DNA from: Nemertoderma westbladi
Lineage: Eukaryota > Animalia > Xenacoelomorpha
NCBI GenBank assembly: GCA_032718475.1
Contig: JAUCBJ010007065.1
Coordinates: forward strand, 1-52,258
Reading direction: 5' to 3'
DNA: 52,258 nucleotides
Positions 35,581 to 46,300 of the stretch are shown here, in pieces. Both the position numbers and the translations under genes were made by a program. Numbering within the stretch: the first letter of the stretch is position 1; each line of letters starts with the position of its first letter. Under the pieces are notes generated by a model, which had not been told where the DNA came from, did no database searches, and saw nothing but the letters and a program-made list of their open reading frames with translations.

Positions 35581-36981
35581 ATGCTGATCGGGACAGATCA
35601 ATTCAACTTACATCAAGTGTGGGAAACCAGACCATCGGTAGTCGTAGCAGGAAATGCATACGCCTGTCGAACACCGATAGGTTGGTATACTCGAGCGCCT
35701 GTGCGCACACTAGATATAAGTGATGAGGAAGACGATGTACAAAGTACATGTAGTTTATTAACTACAACTTCAACTCATTCTTTTTCACACGACAAGGACT
35801 ATACTACACTACGTTCGACAAAACACAACAACGTTACAAGTACGACGTGCGTAGCGAGTACGATAAGTCACAAAGAGCAGTCAATCCACAAGGTTAGTGT
35901 AGAGATTGAGAAGGAGCGGAGTCAGGCAGAGGATCCATCAACGATAGATGATAACGCCGGAAGGCTTGTGAGTCTACCTCAACCAATAACCTCAACAACG
36001 CCCGTCGATGAAGACGCGTTAAGAAATCATCAAGTGGAACAAGCCGCGCTAGACAAAGAATTAACAGAGAAAACTATCAGATGGTTGGAACAAGATACAG
36101 CCGAACCTGGTAGTTACGAACCATGTATGTCGGAACAAGAGAAACAATCTTTAAAGATCATGGAAGATACTATCCGCCAGACGAAAGACGGATATTATGA
36201 GGTAGGGATGCTATGGCATAACCAAAGTCCTAAACTTATAAATAACTATCCGTTAGCCTTAAGACGTTTAAACTCAATAAGACAACGTTTACTAAAGGAC
36301 GAGAAAGCCCATCTGCAGTATAATACTCAGATGGAGATGTATTTTACAAAAGGATACGCTATCAAAATGACAAACCCAGAGATTGTAACAGACCAGACAT
36401 ACTACTTGCCACATCACTACATGAGACACCCCGACAAACCTGATAAAGTACGTGTGGTTAATGACTGCGCGGCTCTGTTTGAGGGAATGTCTCTCAATAG
36501 TGAGTTGATGGATGGACCAAACATGAATAATTATCTCATGGGGGTGATTATGCGCTTCCGTCAGCGCCAAGTAGCATTTACTTGTGACGTAGAAGCGATG
36601 TTTCACCAAGTGCGAGCGTTAGAGCGAGACAGAGACAGTTTGAGGTTCCTCTGGTACCCGGATGGAGACTTAAGTCAACCACCGGCGACTTACCAAATGC
36701 AAGTTCGCGTTTTCGGTGCCAGGGACAGCCCAAACTGCACTATGTACGCCCTAAAACAGACCGCTAGGGACCAGAAACATAAATATGACCCAGAGGTAAT
36801 CCAGATCGTAGAACGAGATTTTTATGTGGACGATGGATTACAAAGTTGTGACACAGTAGAACGTGCTATAACAGTAGCACATCAATTACGGGACTGTTTA
36901 GCAGGCGGAGGTTTTAACCTCACCAAGTTTGCCTCAAACAGCGCCGAATTAGTGAATTCGACTGAACGACTGAACGACTGA
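35581..36981 (+). CDS. BEL/Pao reverse transcriptase segment
   Basis: YYLPHH..KVRVVNDCAA..SLNSELMDGP..RFR..DVEAMFHQV..LRFLW..VFGARDSP..DFYVDD..GGFNLTKFASN. Confidence 0.93.
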   Translation: MLIGTDQFNLHQVWETRPSVVVAGNAYACRTPIGWYTRAPVRTLDISDEEDDVQSTCSLLTTTSTHSFSHDKDYTTLRSTKHNNVTSTTCVASTISHKEQSIHKVSVEIEKERSQAEDPSTIDDNAGRLVSLPQPITSTTPVDEDALRNHQVEQAALDKELTEKTIRWLEQDTAEPGSYEPCMSEQEKQSLKIMEDTIRQTKDGYYEVGMLWHNQSPKLINNYPLALRRLNSIRQRLLKDEKAHLQYNTQMEMYFTKGYAIKMTNPEIVTDQTYYLPHHYMRHPDKPDKVRVVNDCAALFEGMSLNSELMDGPNMNNYLMGVIMRFRQRQVAFTCDVEAMFHQVRALERDRDSLRFLWYPDGDLSQPPATYQMQVRVFGARDSPNCTMYALKQTARDQKHKYDPEVIQIVERDFYVDDGLQSCDTVERAITVAHQLRDCLAGGGFNLTKFASNSAELVNSTERLND

Positions 36982-37003
36982 ACGTGGGGGTGGTGACATT
37001 GAC

Positions 37004-40000
37004 TTGGAATTCGAACCACTACCAACGACCAAGGTGTTGGGACTATTTTGGGACCCGAACACAGACAACTTTCGAGTGAAAGTAAGACTGGACGCTCAAG
37101 GGGATTCTCTGACAAAGAGGTCTTGCTTGTCGAAACTAAGTAGACTGTTCGATCCATTAGGTTTCATCAGCCCAATAATATTGCAAGCAAGAATATACAT
37201 GCGCAGTATTTGGAAAGATGGACTGACATGGGACGAACCGATCTCATCTGAACAAGTAGACTTATGGAAAACTTGGGAGGCGCAATTGTCTTCACTAGAA
37301 GATTATTCCATACCCCGGGTATATTTTCCATTACAGACGACATTTCCTGACAACTTAGAATTACATTGTTTTTCCGACGCCAGTGACAATGGCTTTGGAG
37401 TGACAGCGTATTTGCGCAGACAAGTAGACTCAGATGAGTTTGATGTTTCGCTCATTACTTCGAAGGCTAAAACCATGCCTACTAAGTATATGACGACACC
37501 ACGCGCTGAGCTACAAGCCGCAACTCTGTCAACCACCATTGTAAACCTCATACAGACTGAACTACAGTCAAGTTTACAGATATTTTATTGGACTGACGCG
37601 ACGTTAGTTTTATTTTATATAAACAACGACACACTTGAATTTAAGACATTTGTAGCCAACCGTCGCGCAGAAATTCTAGACCGTTCAATAAAAGAAGATT
37701 GGCGACATTGTCCCGGACCACAAAACCCAGCTGATATTGCGTCGCGAGGAATGATGCCTGAGGAATTCTGTAAACCGGAAAACAAGGAATTTTGGCAACA
37801 CGGACCACAATTCTTACAAAGAGCAACACAACATTGGCCGCCACTATACGATAACAAGTCTAACACTATTCCTAAGGACGCCGAAATTAAAAAACCAAAG
37901 AAAGGTAAAGCAAAGAAAAAGACAACGGCGAAACTTAAGAAGGAACCGAAGGCGAAATGGAAAAATATAACTCACAAAGTTAAGGCAGGAAGACTTGCGA
38001 GCCTTTCTCAACCAGACGTATCGCCAGACGGTCAACCAGACATGTTACCAGACGATAAACCAGACGTATCGCCAGACGGTCAACCAGACATGTTACCAGA
38101 CGATAAACCAGACACGTTACTAGACGGTCAACCAAACATTTTACCAGACATTTCACAAGATGTTCTACCAGACACTAGTAACATACTAACACATAGTAAA
38201 GCCGCAGTTTCCCTATTGGAGCGGCCTTCCATTGACAAACTACCAAACTTGACACCCTTGAGTAACCATAAGTACAGTGAAACCTCATGTATTACAGATG
38301 TGGGTAGTACCTACGCAAATGTAAATACAGGTGTTACTTTACGCTCAAGAGACATACCAACCTTACAACCTACGGTGAAACCTGGGATCGACACACAAAG
38401 AACTGACAATCAAGGTAAGAAGACAAAGATGGAAAAATTACTTGTAGACCCGGACGGATCAACAGTTAACAAGGGAATACCTACAGGCGGACCCGTGGGC
38501 CCATCTAGTAAAACAAAACCTTCCAAATTCTCCATTGACTTACCTGATGACGTCATAAATACTTACGTCGACCGTATTGTGAACTTAACAGATTCTTGGA
38601 CAAACGCGTGCCGAAAATTAGCGTGGATTGTACGTTTTGTACAATACGTTAAAGGCAAACGCGACTTTACACGTCGACTTACATTGACTGAGATTGACAG
38701 ATGTGAAATTAAATTAATTCGCCATTACCAATTGCGATATTTCGCACGCGAATTCACATCCATAAGTCAAGGTCAACCAATCAAGTCGTCACCAATATTG
38801 AGTTGGAGTCCGATAATTTATAATGGCTTAATTTGTCATAAATCTCGGCTTCAAAACATTGACTTTAATACCGATTTTAGGTACCCAATAATAATACCGC
38901 AACATCACGAATTACAACGTGCAATGATACTGGACGCACATTTACATCTGAAACACGCTGGAAGACACCACTGTCTTTCCTACTTACGTACAAGATTTGT
39001 ATTAATTAGACCCAGTAAAGCACTAAGTTCGGTGACACGCATGTGTATTATTTGTAAAAAGGTACATTCTAGAATAAGTACCCAAGAAATGAGTGAACTT
39101 CCACAAGCACGACTACAGGCATACAGACCAGCTTTCATAGAGACTGGAATTGACTGCTTTGGTCCCATACATACGAAACGTGGACGTATACTAGTAAAAC
39201 GCTGGGGACTGATTTTCACATGCATGTCCAGTAGGGCAGTTCATATTGAACGTGTGATGGATCTTTCCACCAACGCTTTTATACTAGCATTGCGGCGATT
39301 TATCGCTAGACGCAGACTAGTAAAATGCTTGTACTCAGACCAAGGTACAAACTTTGTTGGTGCTCGAAATGAAATTGCTAGAGCCTTTAAGAAATTAGAT
39401 CATGATCAAATCTCAAACGAACTACGTCCTTACAAGATTGTTTGGAAGTTTAATCCTCCAGATAGTCCATGGAGAGGCGGAGTCTGGGAGAGATTGATTA
39501 GATCTATAAAAACAGCCATGGCAAAAGTAATTCCAGTAAACCACATCTTGACAGACGACCAACTGACCACATTGTTTGTTGAAATCGAGGCAATACTAAA
39601 TAATAGACCAATAGTGTTATTACCCGATGACAAACAATCCCAGTTTGCTTTAACACCTGCACACCTGCTAATGCAGGCACCGACTACATTAATGCCTATT
39701 TCGATTCCAATAGAAGACGATAGCTACTGTAGAAAAGCATGGAAAATCACGCAACTACTGGCTAACAAATTCTGGGAAATATGGCAAAACCATTATTTGC
39801 CCTCTATTTCTGCCAGAACTACTTGGTACAACAAGACTCGCGCTTTAAAGCCGGGAGATCACGTACTGTTAGCAGAAGTGAATTTAAAAAGACGCTTCTG
39901 GATAACAGGTGTTATTTTAGACACACATCCATCTATGGATGGAGTGACAAGAACTGTGACGGTACGGACAATTGACGGTCGTACAGTAGACAGACCGACT

Positions 40001-40075
40001 CAACGTCTCGTACTTCTTGAAGAGACTCGTAACAAGTCTGGAGATTACAAGTCTCCAACTAATGTTAGTAAATAG
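37004..40075 (+). CDS. BEL/Pao RNase H plus integrase segment
   Basis: KVLGLFW, LFDPLG, LHCFSDAS, TPRAELQAA, YWTD, FVANR, WRHCPGPQNPADIASRG. HHCC (HLHLKH..CIIC), GIDCFGP, YSDQGTNFVG, PWRGGVWERLIRSIK, EAILNNRP, FWEIWQNHYL. Confidence 0.95.
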   Translation: MEFEPLPTTKVLGLFWDPNTDNFRVKVRLDAQGDSLTKRSCLSKLSRLFDPLGFISPIILQARIYMRSIWKDGLTWDEPISSEQVDLWKTWEAQLSSLEDYSIPRVYFPLQTTFPDNLELHCFSDASDNGFGVTAYLRRQVDSDEFDVSLITSKAKTMPTKYMTTPRAELQAATLSTTIVNLIQTELQSSLQIFYWTDATLVLFYINNDTLEFKTFVANRRAEILDRSIKEDWRHCPGPQNPADIASRGMMPEEFCKPENKEFWQHGPQFLQRATQHWPPLYDNKSNTIPKDAEIKKPKKGKAKKKTTAKLKKEPKAKWKNITHKVKAGRLASLSQPDVSPDGQPDMLPDDKPDVSPDGQPDMLPDDKPDTLLDGQPNILPDISQDVLPDTSNILTHSKAAVSLLERPSIDKLPNLTPLSNHKYSETSCITDVGSTYANVNTGVTLRSRDIPTLQPTVKPGIDTQRTDNQGKKTKMEKLLVDPDGSTVNKGIPTGGPVGPSSKTKPSKFSIDLPDDVINTYVDRIVNLTDSWTNACRKLAWIVRFVQYVKGKRDFTRRLTLTEIDRCEIKLIRHYQLRYFAREFTSISQGQPIKSSPILSWSPIIYNGLICHKSRLQNIDFNTDFRYPIIIPQHHELQRAMILDAHLHLKHAGRHHCLSYLRTRFVLIRPSKALSSVTRMCIICKKVHSRISTQEMSELPQARLQAYRPAFIETGIDCFGPIHTKRGRILVKRWGLIFTCMSSRAVHIERVMDLSTNAFILALRRFIARRRLVKCLYSDQGTNFVGARNEIARAFKKLDHDQISNELRPYKIVWKFNPPDSPWRGGVWERLIRSIKTAMAKVIPVNHILTDDQLTTLFVEIEAILNNRPIVLLPDDKQSQFALTPAHLLMQAPTTLMPISIPIEDDSYCRKAWKITQLLANKFWEIWQNHYLPSISARTTWYNKTRALKPGDHVLLAEVNLKRRFWITGVILDTHPSMDGVTRTVTVRTIDGRTVDRPTQRLVLLEETRNKSGDYKSPTNVSK

Positions 40076-40733
40076 TAAGGAGTTTACAAATAGATTTCCA
40101 CGTACCTGTACACCGTAGTAAGGACAGCGGTAGAATTCCATTGTCTTTATATGTGAACATTGAGGGTAGTACCCTTATGTGTCACATAGGAGCGGGATTT
40201 GTAGGTATAAGAAATGGAATTCTACTTGGAACTCACAATATTGAGACATTTTCGAAAATTTAGACAATCCATTTGGATTTGAAAAATTTTTTTAAACATT
40301 TTTTCTCCAGTTGAATAGATTTCAGGGTACAGTCGGGTGGAACTTAAAATTAGAGAAACAAGAGAATGGAAGACTCGCGAGCCTTTCTTAAATTTTAATT
40401 AAATTTTACACGGTCTTGTTTCAATAAGTTACGTCAACAAATAGACTTCCCTATATTTATTACTAACTCTCGATTGCTTATTTTCTGATAATAGTTTGGG
40501 ATCAAAAAAGTGAGTATTTTAGACTCACAGCCAGTTTAGCCCAAATTCGTTTTTATTTCGGCAAAAAATTTTAGATAAGAAACAGTGTGTCATTAAAGAA
40601 ACCCTAGATCTTAGGCTATGGGTAGGAGGTTAGAGCGTTGTCGAGCCAAAAGGGCAGACGAAAACTCTCACATCTCCTCACAACTAACAATAAACTCTGT
40701 TGTATTCCCTCTAGTAGCAATGATTATGTAACC

Positions 40734-42362
40734 ATGCCTCTAATAATGGCGAAGGAGATACATGGAGAGCCGAGATGGGGATATGATATCCAAGAGGAAA
40801 CAGCAGCGCCATTCGAAAGATTCGGTGCAAAGGATTTAGTATATTTCGAGACGTGTATCTTCGCTGTGCGGGATCTCTTATCGAAAGACCATCTATGTTT
40901 ACATTGTTACCTTATGAAGGAGAACGTATCGTGGAGGTTACGGACGAATCACGGCAGACGCGCGCGCCTATCGGTCACTTAGGTGATGATTCCGACTTAA
41001 CGACGAACATCGATGATCCTCTAGAGGAACTTCTTGAGATTGAAAGGAACCTCCCGAAGAAATCTCAGACGGAGATTCGACAACTTGAAGCAACAGATGC
41101 TGTAGTTTGCATACAACCTTCTGAAACATTCCAACCTATCGATCCAGATGATTATGACTATAGTGTGGGAGGAAGCGCTCGACCCATTGGAGATCTCATA
41201 TATGAGCGAGTGTGGTACCCTGCCAATACGATGTTGTAAATGTGGCGTCGCTGGACATCATTCGACAAAGTGCAGTGGAAAGCACATTACTACGACTCAA
41301 CTAATCTGTGGATGGTGTGGGGATCAAGGGTCCCATACATTTTATACTTGCTGGAGATTTATGGCTCAATGCACATATTGCAATATAAAGGGACATCAAG
41401 CATCTGAATGCCAACTGCGAGACATACCATACGAACACGAATCTGTAAAACTCGTGAGAAAACTATTCGACGATTGGGAAGATTTAGTTGACAAACATGT
41501 ATCGGCACAAAGAAGGCGATTCCCGATGAGAGCGCATCTTGGATTTTGGGCGGTAAATCCCCAAACGATGATGTCGGAAGGATATATCTCCGCTATGCCG
41601 CAATATGATGAACTAATTGAGGTGGTTGATATTTTGCCTCATGATAGTGGATTTCGAGTTGTGCGCGAATATTTGTTACAGATTCACCCCGACAATAAGA
41701 ATACATGGAACTTCCAGAAAGTAGTCAATCGTATTACATATGGTGAATTTGATCGTTTCCGAACGGAAAAGCGGAACAAGGGAGCTTGGTTAACCGTCGC
41801 ATGGGCATACCGAGCCGCGTTCTACCATAAACTCATACGAGCGAGCGTATTCGAGGAAGAGGAGGTCCTAGAGGCGACTAACATATCAGCAACTCCGGTC
41901 GCGCCGTCTGCACGTCACTCTCGGGAGGACGGACAGAATAGGATCATAAGGGTTCAGAAAGTGGGCCAACAATTAAAGAAAACTATCAATGTTGAAGAAC
42001 GAAGGGGATACGAACCGACTATTCGAATTACTCGAGATACGGTATCGCTTCCCAGAGAACCGCAAGGAGGATCGGGACATATACCAGAAGATTAAAAGGG
42101 GGCGCAAGTTTCTCTTGGGTCTGCGTCGTCCGCTTCCCGCGCGTTCCCAGACGTTTTACCAGCGGTAGACACAACCGATCGGTCACGAGGAATCGGACGA
42201 GGATTTGGGATAACTAAGAGACGAATATGTGAGGAAATGGTCGTACCATCTCCCAACGTCCAAGGTAAACCGGTGACTCGCCCCACAAGTCCCATATCAC
42301 GAGCTAAGTCACCGATACGCAGTTTTCGAGGACGCGGCAGGGCTCGATCAGCTAAGCGATAA
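40734..42362 (+). pseudogene. Accessory 3' ORF of element B: triple zinc-knuckle protein with Arg/Gly/Ser-rich tail (disrupted)
   Basis: Overlapping ORFs 40638-40982, 40853-41239 and 41148-42095; CCKCGVAGHHSTKC / CGWCGDQGSHTFYTC / CTYCNIKGHQASEC. The frame stays open past TAA 42093 to 42362, ending RSFRGRGRARSAKR. Splice acceptor-like site at 40684-40714. Confidence 0.75.
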
Positions 42363-42614
42363 ATAAAGTATTATATTTAAAAGGACTAATTATTCCGAAC
42401 TCGCACGAACTCACAAGTGGGGAAGGAAAGAGTGGACGGAAGACTCGTGAGCCTTTCTTATGTATTGTTTATCTTATGTATTGTTTACGTAATTTGTTAT
42501 TGCTCCAAGTTTATGTATTTGTATTGTTCCGATTTTATGAAATTCAGAAAGTTTTATATTTAGAAGGAATTTATATTTGAAAGATTTATATTTTATATTT
42601 GAGATGCTAAAAGA

Positions 42615-42851
42615 GTTTATATTGTTCTAAACTTATGCAGTTTATATTGTTCTAAACTTATGCAGTTTATATTGTTCTAAACTTATGCAGTTTATATTGT
42701 TCTAAACTTATGCAGTTTATATTGTTCTAAACTTATGCAGTTTATATTGTTCTAAACTTATGCAGTTTATATTGCTCTAAACTTATGCAGTTTATATTGT
42801 TCTAAACGTATGCAGTTTATATTGTTCTAAACTTATGCAGTTTATATTGTT
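42615..42851 (+). repeat. 25-bp minisatellite (ATTGTTCTAAACTTATGCAGTTTAT, ~9 units) in the element B 3' region
   Basis: Exact period of 25 from 42621; degenerate units on both sides (~42390-43105). Confidence 0.95.
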
Positions 42852-43396
42852 ATTTAGTAAGATTTATATTTAGAAAGTGCTATATTTGTAGTCATTCCAA
42901 ACTTACGCAATTTGTTGTTCGAATACTATGCAATTTATATTGTATAAAGAAGCAGTACTTGTATTCGCAGTAAATAGAAGGCAAGAGCAGACGGAAGACT
43001 TGTGAGCCTTTCTTGTGACTTATTTGAAATTATTCCGAACTTATGTAATTTGTGTTATATTTAAGTAGCATTTGTATTTGTGATTGTTCGAATTTATGCA
43101 ATATTTGAGATGCAATAGTGTTACGGTATATGGCGCTGTATCCACATTATTAGCCATTATACAGTACAATATATTAGTCCATTATACCGTACGCAATATT
43201 AGTCCGTTATGCAGTATAATATTTTAGATAAGGTATAATAGCGCAATGACATTTAGATAAGGAAATTGAAACGCCCATATATTTGAATTCATCCATTTTG
43301 TATAGTATGTAGCTCTACCTATGTAATTTTGTATTAATATATAAGTAGATAGTTCCAGGGTAGCAAGTTCAGTTGGACCCTGGATTTTGGGCTTGC

Positions 43397-46300
43397 TGTT
43401 ATTAGTCTTGATGGGCTAGCTATCACGTGTCGTAATTTCCTATAATTGTGCTAAATTAATGTTTGTGCATCATGTTATTAGTACCGCTAAATTAAGCACC
43501 GGCAAAATTACCTTATATGGTGACGTTTTGAGGGTTTGAGAAGCAATAGGGCTACAATCCGGCTTTCTTATTGGACTAACGGCTTCCAGGTTGGTCTAAT
43601 GATAAGCGCGGATTGAAGAGCCAATGAGTGAGCGATTGCATCACCCTTCTCGGATCACCTATAAATTGGCGGTTTGCCGGTAGAGCTGTACGACAATACC
43701 CCAATAACCTTACCCACTCACTCAGACATATTTAGTACCATTAAGTTAGAAGTATAATTTGCGTATTTTCTGCAATTTTCTACCTTTTGATTAATTTTCT
43801 TGGAATGATTCGTTAGTGCTATTATTCTCAATTGTGTTTCTCAATCAATCCTATCGATTACTGCTAATTACAACCGGAACTATGATTTCTACCCCTTTTG
43901 TAAATGGTTCTATGTGATTCATTTCTACGCAATAATCCTAAGGGATTTTCTGGGACAGGCAGACTTTTGTGATTTGCATGCGCCGCTACGGTAGCTATTC
44001 AATAAATGGAGGGCTAAGGTGCCGGTAGGCGGTGGGCGCATCGGGGGGTTGGGCGACTAAGGGAGAGCGGAGGATTCAAAAGTGGGCAACGCTGGCGGGG
44101 GGTCACCGTTGCGGTCGGGCGTTTCGCACTGTAGCATGCAGACCATTCGCCGGTACAGTAATTAGGGGGCTGATGATCCAGGTTTTGTCTCTATTTAGTA
44201 TTAGGGGGGCAAGAATCGGGTTAGTTAGGAAGCCTAGATGTACCCGGGAGAGGCCTGCACGTATTACAGTGTGAAGTGTGGAGTACGAATAGTGAATTGC
44301 ACAACTTTGGGCAGTGAACTGCATAATTGCGAGCTGTGATTGCTGACGCTGATTGGTGTGTTACTGAAGTGTGCCTATGATTACGAATGCTTAGGTAGGC
44401 GCCTTTTCCCTTTGATTGATTTCTATTTCTTAGTTTACAACAATTAATTACTGATTAGGTCAAAGTAATACGGTATTTTAGGCTATTACTAGCGAAACCT
44501 AGTTTGTAATAAATTAGAATTGCGCATTCTGGAACTCTTAGTAATTAGTACGCTGTTACATATTTGTGACTGTAATTAGTTAGTGAAATTAAGAATTAGT
44601 ACGCAGCATAGCGGAGAGTAGCTAAGGTAATAATTAGGGTACTGTAAACTATTCACGCTGAGCGGTTATTTGCATTAGCGGGCAATAAGCTAGATCGCAT
44701 TATTCAGTACGCACAACACACTAGTAATTTGCTGGCCTAAAGCCAGCTGCAGGCAAGCTTAGACCCAGAGCGGTATTACCCACGTAGAGACAAAATACTG
44801 TACCATTTTTGATTATTTAAATATTCTCGCATTCATACATTCCGTTAGGGAACCCCCAGTATTCGCGATTAGAAAAGACGTAGGCATTATCGTATTTCAA
44901 TAGTAAAATTAGGCATAAGAATACTCTGAGTGCAAAGCCTCTCGCACTCGTCTTAAGTAAGCTTAGGGAGCCGACTCGGGTTTATTGTTTTGGTTATTCC
45001 CGCGTGGCTCATAGATTCGAACAGTTAGCTCTCTGTCGAGCGATCGGCAGAGAAAGGAACAAGCGATTTTGCAGGAGCCGTATAAATTTAGTAAAATATA
45101 TTAGCGGACGGCAGATTAGCGCCATCCAACGGTAAGTAGCGGTTTTGTATTTAGCAGCCCTACAATTTAGTAATAGCACGATGCTGATCGCCTTTACTTA
45201 ACAGTAGAGCAGTCTTTGTGTCTTATTGGTTAGGCGGGAACTCATTAGGTTGGCAGAGAAGTATACGGGTATTTGTCTGTTCAACAGTTCTGCTGTTAGT
45301 ATAGGGGTCGCGGTTGTTTATCAGTAATACGTGTATATTGTTTTGCTGTACTGCATACAGTAAATACGAATTAGATTACTGCATTAGGCACTGTACTGCG
45401 TACAGTAAGACAGATAGAGTATTCTTAGGCTGTTAATTTAGATTACTGTATTCATTGGTCGCATGCAGTGGTACAATAGTACAGTAGTACATTAGGCTGA
45501 TTGCTGTTACTGCGTATGGTAGAAAGGACAATTGTTTTGCTGTACCACATACAGTATTCATTAGGCACTTAGGTTACTGGTGTACTGTTTTACTTACTGT
45601 ACTGCATACAGTGGATGTACAGTAGTGCGTTTTACTAATTGCGAATACAGCAGTTCCTTAGGCCTTAGGGCAAACTGTAATTAGTAAGTTTTGAAAATTT
45701 TAGCTAGGTTTGCGAGAATTCAGTTTCGGTCAAAAATATTTGTAAAATTCTAGAGTTTTGTACCGGTATGTTAGGTAACCGCTTAGTTATTTTATACCAT
45801 CTGGAGATACATGGCAAGACGGAACTTCTGAGTTTGGGGTTCGTGTGGGTCTGCGGGTTCGGTTTGCAATCAGCGAAGAGCCTGAATCTTTGGACGCGGA
45901 CGTGGAATCTCACAGCAAACAAGGTTAGTTGTTCTGTTGGCACCATTGTGTTTGTGGAAGCAGTAAAAAATTATCGGTTGTTTAACTGCGAAGCTGAACT
46001 CAATTTATTAGTTAGGTTATTTAGGTTTAGCCAGCCATGGTTTTTTTGAATCGCTCAAGTTAGAGAGAGAGTTAGAGAGAGTCGCAACCCGAAGATGTAG
46101 CCACGCGCTAGTGGATACATATAATATTTGAAATTAAAATTACATTGATTAGAGCTATATATGTAAAATTAGAAATATTCGGGTGGCAAATTTATTTTGA
46201 ATATTTTGTATTAGATTCAGAAATTATTTTGTGTCATACCGGTATTTAATTGCTATATAATAGCTATATAATAATATTTTTGTTTAAATATTGTGCTAGT

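Larger units (their letters stand above)
31584..40075 (+). pseudogene. Element B gag-pol, disrupted by several stops and two frameshifts
   Basis: ORF pieces 31584-32777, 33055-33273, 33406-35025, 35050-35571, 35581-36981 and 37004-40075. Knuckles CQYCx9Hx4C / CWRCTQHGHVRKDC / CPSCGRNHDGLLH; protease YAILDSASS. Confidence 0.93.
29002..43396 (+). mobile_element. BEL/Pao LTR retrotransposon B, domain-complete but decayed; 3' LTR not in window
   Basis: gag-PR-RT-RH-IN at 31584-40075, promoter-bearing upstream region starting TGTTTC at 29002, extra 3' ORF. Both boundaries are inferred. Confidence 0.8.

Noticed and set aside
40638-42362. env gene
   Set aside because: No signal peptide or transmembrane segment visible; zinc knuckles and a basic tail instead.
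42615-42851. 25-bp array as CRISPR
   Set aside because: Head-to-tail units without spacers, in a retrotransposon 3' region.
43397-44100. Region as the cognate 3' LTR of element B
   Set aside because: Only short patches (TTGTGCTAA, ACCGCTA) resemble 29002 onward; far too diverged for an LTR pair.
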